Shown here: positions 29,857 through 35,418 of the stretch, in pieces | Layout: each line of letters opens with the position of its first letter | Position numbering within the stretch: the first letter of the stretch is position 1 | Origin: a virus | IMG/VR virus record: IMGVR_UViG_3300028901_000135 | Coordinates: 1-37,376 of that record | Strand: one strand, 5' to 3' | Length of the DNA stretch: 37,376 bases | Notes under the pieces: model-generated | The model's database searches: none | The model's input: only the letters and a program-made list of their open reading frames with translations | What the model was told of the DNA's origin: nothing | Made by a program: the position numbers and the translations under genes

Positions 29857-30500
29857 AGAAGGGCAAGGAAAGGCCGATTTTGTTTTCGGGTGAGATGGTG
29901 CGGGCGATTTTGGAGGGGCGGAAGACGCAGACGCGGCGGGTGATCAAGCCGCAGCCGCATGCGATCATCAAGGATTGGCCCTACGTGGATGATCCACATG
30001 AGGTTGTCGACGAGCAAAAAGGGCGAATCAAGAAGGTTTTTTCGGACGATAACATGAACCGGTTTGTACGGCCGCTCAAGTGCCCGTATGGACAGCCTGG
30101 CGACCGGCTGTGGGTCAGGGAGACGTTTATGGTAAAGGATGGGAAATCGGGAAAACCATGCCTGTTTTACAAGGCAAATGGCCCCGCCGATTTTTACCCC
30201 GGTGAATTGGCGTATTTTGCGGCAACGTGGCAGCCGTCCATCCACATGCCACGGGGATATTCCCGCATCAACCTGAAGATTACCGGCGTGCGGGTGGAGA
30301 GGGTGCAGGGGATCAGCTATGCGGATGCACTGGCGGAGGGGGTTTGGCGGCCGGGGCCTGACGCGGATCCAGACCAGGTTGACCGAGAGTATGATGCGAT
30401 CGATCAGTATATCCGCGTGTGGAATGAGATCAACACGAAGCGCGGGTATGGGTGGGAGAGCAATCCCTATGTGTGGGTTATTGAGTTAAAGAGGATATAG
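29841..30500 (+). CDS. ASCH/PUA-like domain protein, 219 aa
   Basis: ILFSGEMVRAILEGRKTQTRRV...YGQPGDRLWVRETF resembles phage ASCH-domain proteins. The start lies in a 10-nt tandem repeat that offers ATGs in all frames. Confidence 0.6.
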   Translation: MNADEKKGKERPILFSGEMVRAILEGRKTQTRRVIKPQPHAIIKDWPYVDDPHEVVDEQKGRIKKVFSDDNMNRFVRPLKCPYGQPGDRLWVRETFMVKDGKSGKPCLFYKANGPADFYPGELAYFAATWQPSIHMPRGYSRINLKITGVRVERVQGISYADALAEGVWRPGPDADPDQVDREYDAIDQYIRVWNEINTKRGYGWESNPYVWVIELKRI

Positions 30501-30503
30501 CCT

Positions 30504-31028
30504 ATGGACCAGGAGGTGATGCTGGAAAACTATATGAGCCGGGAGGGGGTGTGGTCGGTGCACCTGGTGCGGATGGGGGGGCCGGTGGATCGGGATGGGT
30601 GGCTGGGGAGGCTTCCGTCGTTCGCGGCGGGGACGGTGGAGGCGCGGCGGTGGGTGGAGGACGGTTTGGGGGTGCATCACCTGCACCTGGTGGGGCAGAT
30701 CCAGGATGTGATCGAGATGCGGTGGCCGGATGGAGCCAGCGAAAAGGCGGCGTTCTGGTGGGCGAGGGAGGTAGGACTGCGCGAGGCGGCGAGGCAGGCG
30801 GCGGAGGCATTTTGGTTCAAGGTGGGGGTGCGGCCGGTGGTGGCACTGGTGCGGCAGGCGGTGGAGAGGCAGGTGGTTTGCAAGGCGGAGACGGTTTCGA
30901 TGGGGCTGGCGGAGGTGTACCTGGAGCGGGCATACTGGGCGCCGCTGGGGTACGTGGTGGTGAAGGCCCTCACCCCTGCCCCTCTCCCAGGGGGAGAGGG
31001 GTGCCGAATGGAGGAGTTGGCAGGATGA
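30504..31028 (+). CDS. Hypothetical protein, 174 aa
   Basis: Follows the ASCH-like gene by 3 nt. There is a family-H copy near the C-terminus. Confidence 0.5.
   Translation: MDQEVMLENYMSREGVWSVHLVRMGGPVDRDGWLGRLPSFAAGTVEARRWVEDGLGVHHLHLVGQIQDVIEMRWPDGASEKAAFWWAREVGLREAARQAAEAFWFKVGVRPVVALVRQAVERQVVCKAETVSMGLAEVYLERAYWAPLGYVVVKALTPAPLPGGEGCRMEELAG
30968..31002 (+). repeat. Family-H hairpin repeat
   Basis: In frame at the C-terminus of 30504..31028 (ALTPAPLPGGEGC). Confidence 0.9.
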
Positions 31029-31348
31029 GCGAGATGGTGGCTTGGCGATGCCCGAGGGGGCATGTGCTGGGGCAGGTGCGGCGGAACGGGAGTAAGCGGC
31101 AGCGGCTCCTATTGTATAGGCTGGCCGTCGACCTCTCCCCCATCCCCTCCCCTAAAGGGGAGGGGAGTCTTGAGGAGGTTGACGTGATGGCGGTGGTGGA
31201 GGGGTTGGTGCTGGATGTGCGGTGCAGTATCTGCGGGGGGATCCGGACGTGGCGCCCCGGACTAAAGTCCGGGGCTAGCAAAAACGAAGCCGGGGCTACC
31301 AAAAACGAAGCCGGGGCTACAAAAAGAGAAGAGAGAGAGGAGCTATGA
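31025..31348 (+). CDS. Hypothetical zinc-ribbon-like protein, 107 aa (CPRGH...CSICGG)
   Basis: ATGA overlap at 31025. Contains family-H and family-P copies and a 21-nt tandem repeat, all in frame. Confidence 0.5.
   Translation: MSEMVAWRCPRGHVLGQVRRNGSKRQRLLLYRLAVDLSPIPSPKGEGSLEEVDVMAVVEGLVLDVRCSICGGIRTWRPGLKSGASKNEAGATKNEAGATKREEREEL
31132..31167 (+). repeat. Family-H hairpin repeat
   Basis: In frame in 31025..31348 (DLSPIPSPKGEGS). Confidence 0.9.
31254..31275. repeat. Family-P palindrome gCCCCGGACTAAAGTCCGGGGc
   Basis: In frame in 31025..31348 (RPGLKSGA). Confidence 0.9.
31271..31325 (+). repeat. Tandem 21-mer x2.6 (ggggctaNcaaaaacgaagcc)
   Basis: In frame as GASKNEA GATKNEA GATKRE at the C-terminus of 31025..31348. 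Confidence 0.9.
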
Positions 31349-31839
31349 AAGAAGAAAATGCGGGGGTGTTTTGGGTGGCGGTGTTTTTGCTGGCGCTGTT
31401 GGTGCTGGGGGTTGTGCTGGGGATGGGCAAGAAGGGAGAGGGGGCACCAGTGCTGCCGACGGCTTCGGCGAGGCCGGTGGCCAGCGCGACGGGGCAAGAG
31501 GGCGGGTCTGCGGGTACGCTTGAGGTGCGGGTTGATGCAGGAGACCCGCCCGAACCGCGCGAACAAGAACCTACCCCTGGCCCCTCCCTAAACACCCTGA
31601 CGGGTGCCGGTGGAGGGGTGTTGCCGCCGGGGTTGGAGGTGACGGGGGTGGAGGTGGTGACGTATGTGTACCGGCTGGACGAGTGGGGGGTGCGGGTTTG
31701 GAGCGAGGCGGGGGTGATTCCGGCGGGGCGGTTGGTGAAGGTGCAGGGGTGCATAGCAGGGTTCCGCCAGGTGGAGTATCAACCGGATATGGAAGATCCA
31801 GGGTGGTGGAGGGTGGAATGGATACGTTGCACCCCATAA
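31345..31839 (+). CDS. Membrane-anchored protein, 164 aa
   Basis: ATGA overlap. N-terminal TM helix VFWVAVFLLALLVLGVVLG; family-G and composite family-H repeats in the linker; a beta-rich C-terminal domain. Confidence 0.55.
   Translation: MKEENAGVFWVAVFLLALLVLGVVLGMGKKGEGAPVLPTASARPVASATGQEGGSAGTLEVRVDAGDPPEPREQEPTPGPSLNTLTGAGGGVLPPGLEVTGVEVVTYVYRLDEWGVRVWSEAGVIPAGRLVKVQGCIAGFRQVEYQPDMEDPGWWRVEWIRCTP
31501..31556 (+). repeat. Family-G element, second copy
   Basis: In frame in 31345..31839 (GGSAGTLEVRVDAGDPPEP). Confidence 0.85.
31570..31618 (+). repeat. Family-H composite variant
   Basis: In frame in 31345..31839 (EPTPGPSLNTLTGAGGG). Confidence 0.9.
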
Positions 31840-31840
31840 A

Positions 31841-31860
31841 CCCCAGACTAAAGTCTGGGG
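31841..31860. repeat. Family-P palindrome CCCCAGACTAAAGTCTGGGG
   Basis: Starts 2 nt after the stop of 31345..31839. Confidence 0.9.
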
Positions 31861-31871
31861 CCAGGGAAGAG

Positions 31872-32048
31872 ATGTTCGGGCTGCAAGGGATGGATCGGAA
31901 GATCCGGAGGTTGCAGCGGGAGCTGGTGGTGAAGGTGCGGCGGAGGCTGTTGGAACGGGAGGCGGGGCGGTATCCGCTGTTGAAGGAGGAGATGATCCGG
32001 GAGGAGCTGGAGAGGCGGCCGGGTTATTATGCGGGGGAGGAGGAGTAG
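31872..32048 (+). CDS. Possible basic 58-aa protein
   Basis: ATG 31872 within track ORF 31683..32048. It is the last ORF before the terminator. Confidence 0.4.
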   Translation: MFGLQGMDRKIRRLQRELVVKVRRRLLEREAGRYPLLKEEMIREELERRPGYYAGEEE

Positions 32049-32054
32049 AAGGAG

Positions 32055-32085
32055 GGGCGGGAGTGATACCCGCCCTTTTGTTTTT
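32055..32085 (+). terminator. Rho-independent terminator
   Basis: gggcggg (32055-32061), loop agtgata, cccgccc (32069-32075), then ttttgttttt. Confidence 0.8.
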
Positions 32086-32263
32086 GGAAAACTCTAATGT
32101 AATGTTCTAGTTATATAGAACTTTGGGGACTTTTAATTTTTTGAGCATCGATGTATACTAAATTTTGAAGTTAGCACGTACTAATAACATGCGGCCCCCG
32201 GTGGGTGGGGCATTGGTTCGGAGATGAGCGCCCGGCGAGTGATCGTTGGGCGTTTTTGATTCA

Positions 32264-32295
32264 CCTAACCCTGCCCTTCCCTATAGGGAAGGGTG
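32264..32295 (+). repeat. Family-H hairpin repeat
   Basis: Intergenic, upstream of the holin-like gene. Confidence 0.9.
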
Positions 32296-32316
32296 GGAAA
32301 AGAAAGGGAGGGTTCC

Positions 32317-32712
32317 GTGATCGAGGTTAATTTGACGGCGGCGGTTTTGATGGGGATCGTGGGGGCGCTGCTCTCGGTGGTGTTTACCTGGTTCCCAGGG
32401 CTGAACACGTGGTACGCGGGGCTGGGAAAAGACGCGCAGAGCGGGGTGATGGTGGGGCTGCTGGTGGGGGCCGGGGTGATCATCATCGTGATGGGGTGCA
32501 CGGGGCTGATCGTGGTGGTCGGGCTGGTGTGCACACAGCAGGGAATTTTTTCAATGGTTGTCAACCTGGTGATCGGGCTGGTGACGGCGATGGCAACGAA
32601 CCAGGGAACGTATGGGTTGACGAAGAACCTGGCGCCGAAGGCGGTGAAGCTGGCGAAGATGCAGCGGGTCACGGCGCCGTTGAAACTATACCAGGTTGAG
32701 CGGAGAGAATAA
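32317..32712 (+). CDS. Holin-like small membrane protein, 131 aa (3-4 TM helices)
   Basis: GTG 32317 follows gggaggg. The protein is hydrophobic with a charged C-terminus. The function is a guess from architecture and position before the terminase genes. Confidence 0.5.
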   Translation: MIEVNLTAAVLMGIVGALLSVVFTWFPGLNTWYAGLGKDAQSGVMVGLLVGAGVIIIVMGCTGLIVVVGLVCTQQGIFSMVVNLVIGLVTAMATNQGTYGLTKNLAPKAVKLAKMQRVTAPLKLYQVERRE

Positions 32713-33086
32713 TGCCACCGGTCGATACGTGGGCGCAGTACCCACTCATCGCTGTAATTGCGCTGGTCATCATCCTGCTGGCGACCGGGGTGCGTAAATT
32801 TTGGATCGAGTTTACAGCCTGGCAAGACCGGCAGGATGCGAAGCGAGACGAGGAACGGGAGAAACAGCGCGCATGGCAAGAGCGGCTGTTAGAAAAGCAG
32901 GAGCAGGTTAACGAGAAACGTGAGCTGCGCTGGCAGGAGATCTACCGCGAGATGATGCTCGAGGTGACGAATGAATTGAAATGCCTGCGGAACGATCTGG
33001 GGGATCACCACCAGGTGGCGGTGCAGATCAAGGCGCAGCTGGATCAACAGGTGACGAAGCCGGTTGGACGAAAAAGGGCTGAGTGA
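32712..33086 (+). CDS. N-terminal TM plus coiled-coil protein, 124 aa (lysis accessory candidate)
   Basis: ATG 32712 overlaps the upstream stop. TM helix PLIAVIALVIILLATGV, then a charged helical region. Confidence 0.45.
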   Translation: MPPVDTWAQYPLIAVIALVIILLATGVRKFWIEFTAWQDRQDAKRDEEREKQRAWQERLLEKQEQVNEKRELRWQEIYREMMLEVTNELKCLRNDLGDHHQVAVQIKAQLDQQVTKPVGRKRAE

Positions 33087-33796
33087 TGGCAGGAAAATTC
33101 GAGCGGCAGGACCCGGGTTATTATGAGCAGCTTGCGCTGGGGCTGAACCTCGAGGAGGCGGACCGGGAGCAGGCGGGTTTCGTTTCGCCGGAGGAGGCGC
33201 GGCGGCGGAGCCAGTTGGCGCGGTTGGCGCTAAAGAACCTCTCCCCCAGCCCCTCCCCTGAACCCTCTGGCGAGGGCAGGTGGGAGGGAGAGGAGAATAC
33301 AGCGGAATGGGTGGAGCGGTATCGGGAGCTGCTGAACGCGGGGTGGCCGTGGCGGGTGGCGTGTTATATCGCGTGGGCGTCGTCGCCGCGGATCGGGCGG
33401 TGGCCGGAGACGCAGGATGAGCTGGCGCGGGGGGTTTTGGGGCTGACCTCTGACCGGGTGATCGCGACGTGGAGGAAGAAGAACCCGACGATCGACCAGC
33501 TGGTGGCGGACTGGCAGGCGCTGCCGCTGCTGGAGCACCGGGCGGACGTGCTGCGGGCGCTGGCGAGGAGCGCGAGCAACCCGGACCATCGGCACAACCC
33601 AGACCGGAAAGTGTTCCTGGAGATGACGGGGGATTACACGCCGAAGGCGCAGCTTAACATCCGGAATACGGATGTGGAAGATCTGTCGGGGATGAGCGAC
33701 GCGGAGCTGGATAAGATTGCGCGGCAGGCGAGGGGGGAACCTACCCCCGACCCCTCCCTAAAGGGAGGGGAGACTGACGAAGAGGGTGAGGCGTAA
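33083..33796 (+). CDS. Terminase small subunit candidate, 237 aa
   Basis: Immediately upstream of and overlapping TerL. HTH-like TQDELARGVLGLTSDRVIATWRKK. Two family-H repeats lie in frame. Confidence 0.65.
   Translation: MMAGKFERQDPGYYEQLALGLNLEEADREQAGFVSPEEARRRSQLARLALKNLSPSPSPEPSGEGRWEGEENTAEWVERYRELLNAGWPWRVACYIAWASSPRIGRWPETQDELARGVLGLTSDRVIATWRKKNPTIDQLVADWQALPLLEHRADVLRALARSASNPDHRHNPDRKVFLEMTGDYTPKAQLNIRNTDVEDLSGMSDAELDKIARQARGEPTPDPSLKGGETDEEGEA
33238..33293 (+). repeat. Family-H composite variant
   Basis: In frame in TerS (NLSPSPSPEPSGEGRWEGE). Confidence 0.85.
33740..33770 (+). repeat. Family-H hairpin repeat
   Basis: In frame at the TerS C-terminus (EPTPDPSLKGGE). Confidence 0.9.
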
Positions 33797-35325
33797 TGCC
33801 AGCAAGGATTACACCGGATGCGGCGCTGGCGGAGCGGGCACGGCGAGAGCTGGCGCGGCGCGGGCTGATCGCGTTTTCGGAGTACGTGGCGCCATGGTAC
33901 CGGACGGGGCGGCATCACCGGCTGGTGGCGGAGAAGCTGGAGCTGGTGCTGCGGTATATCGAGACGAAGGGCAAGGAGGGGATCGGGCGGCTGATCATCT
34001 CGGAGCCGCCGCGGCATGGGAAGACGGAGCAGGTGAGCCGGTTGTTCCCGGCGTATCTGCTGGGACGGCTGCCCGATTCGCGGGTGATCGTGACCTCATA
34101 CGGCGCCGACCTGGCGCAGGACGATTCCAGGGCGGTGCGGCAGTACGTGACGAGCGACCGGTACAGCGCGCTGTTTGGGCAGCAGAGCGCGGTGGACGAC
34201 GCGGTGGAGCTGGCCTATGACGCGAGGGCGCGTGCGAACTGGAACCTGGCGGAGCCGCACCGGGGCGGGGTGGTGGCGGCTGGCGTGGGCGGCGGTATCA
34301 CGGGTAAAGGCGCGCACCTGCTGATCGTGGACGACCCTTTCAAGAACCGGGACGAGGCGGAGAGCGAGGCCTACCGCAAGCGGGTGGTGAGCTGGTGGAC
34401 GAGCTCAGCGTATACCCGCCTGGAAGAGGGGGCGGCGATCGTGATCACGCATACGCGGTGGAACCGGGACGACCTGGCGGGGTATCTGTTGCAGCAGATG
34501 GTGCAGGACCCACTGCTGGCGGACCAGTACGAGGTGCTTTACCTGCCCGCGCTGGCGCTGGAGGAGGACGAGTACTGCCGGGACGAGGCGGATTTTCTGA
34601 AAAATCTGGAGCGGGGGCTGTTCGTTCCGGCTGCCGATCCGCTGGGGAGGGCGCCAGGCGAGGCGCTGTGGCCGGAGAAGTATACGCGGGAGGCGCTGGC
34701 GCGAATCCGGGCGAACGTGCTGGATTTTGAGTTTACCTGTTTGTACCAGCAGCTGCCCAGACCTCAAACGGGTGGATTTTTCGATGAGGCAGACCTGGTG
34801 GTAGTAGATCGCGCGCCGGAGGGGTTGCGTTGGTTCCGGTATGTGGACCTGGCGCTGGGTAAAACGAAAACGGCAGACTGGAACACAACGGTGGCCACCG
34901 CGCTGGACCAGGCGACGGGTGACGTTTATTTCCGGGATCTGCTGCATGTGCACGAGCTGGGCGATTTCGAGGACCAGGTCGTGGAGCTGATCAAGGCCGA
35001 TTCGGAGATGGGGACGATCTGGGGGTTCGAGGATGTGAGCTTCCAGGAGCTGTTTATGCTGGACCTGCTGAAGAAGCCGGAGCTGGCGAACAAGAACATC
35101 GTGCCGGTGGCACCGATCGGGGATAAGGTGAGTCGTGCGCGGCCTCTGCAACTGAGGGCGAAGCAGGGGAAGGTGAAGTTGGTGAGAGGGCCGTGGAACC
35201 GGACGTTCATCAATGAGTGCCTGGGTTTCCCGGCGGGGAAGCACGACGATATCGTGGACACGGCGAGCATGGGTTTGCAGATGGTGGCGAGCCCGATTGT
35301 GATCGGTGAGGATGCAGTCGTGTGA
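33796..35325 (+). CDS. Terminase large subunit
   Basis: Walker A ISEPPRHGKTE, Walker B HLLIVDDPFKN, and a C-terminal nuclease-type region. The order terminase-portal-protease-capsid is the classical one. Confidence 0.9.
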   Translation: MPARITPDAALAERARRELARRGLIAFSEYVAPWYRTGRHHRLVAEKLELVLRYIETKGKEGIGRLIISEPPRHGKTEQVSRLFPAYLLGRLPDSRVIVTSYGADLAQDDSRAVRQYVTSDRYSALFGQQSAVDDAVELAYDARARANWNLAEPHRGGVVAAGVGGGITGKGAHLLIVDDPFKNRDEAESEAYRKRVVSWWTSSAYTRLEEGAAIVITHTRWNRDDLAGYLLQQMVQDPLLADQYEVLYLPALALEEDEYCRDEADFLKNLERGLFVPAADPLGRAPGEALWPEKYTREALARIRANVLDFEFTCLYQQLPRPQTGGFFDEADLVVVDRAPEGLRWFRYVDLALGKTKTADWNTTVATALDQATGDVYFRDLLHVHELGDFEDQVVELIKADSEMGTIWGFEDVSFQELFMLDLLKKPELANKNIVPVAPIGDKVSRARPLQLRAKQGKVKLVRGPWNRTFINECLGFPAGKHDDIVDTASMGLQMVASPIVIGEDAVV

Positions 35326-35404
35326 ACAGTGAACAGTGAGCGGTGAGCAGTAATGAGTAACCCCCACCCGGGGTGAGGGTAACTGGAAACTGGTAACTGG
35401 TGAG
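35322..35404 (+). repeat. Family-S motif block (gtgaacagtgaacagtgagcggtgagcagtaatgagtaac ... ggtaactggaaactggtaactggtgag)
   Basis: Begins at the TerL stop codon and fills the TerL-portal spacer. Confidence 0.85.
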
Positions 35405-35418
35405 AGCAAAGAGGCAGC

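Noticed and set aside
32160-32260. Possible tRNA or tmRNA in the AT-rich/GC-rich gap, and elsewhere in the genome
   Set aside because: No cloverleaf is evident: no GTTCGAATC-type T-loop with a matching acceptor stem was found by eye here or elsewhere. A proper tRNAscan-SE or ARAGORN run is still needed.
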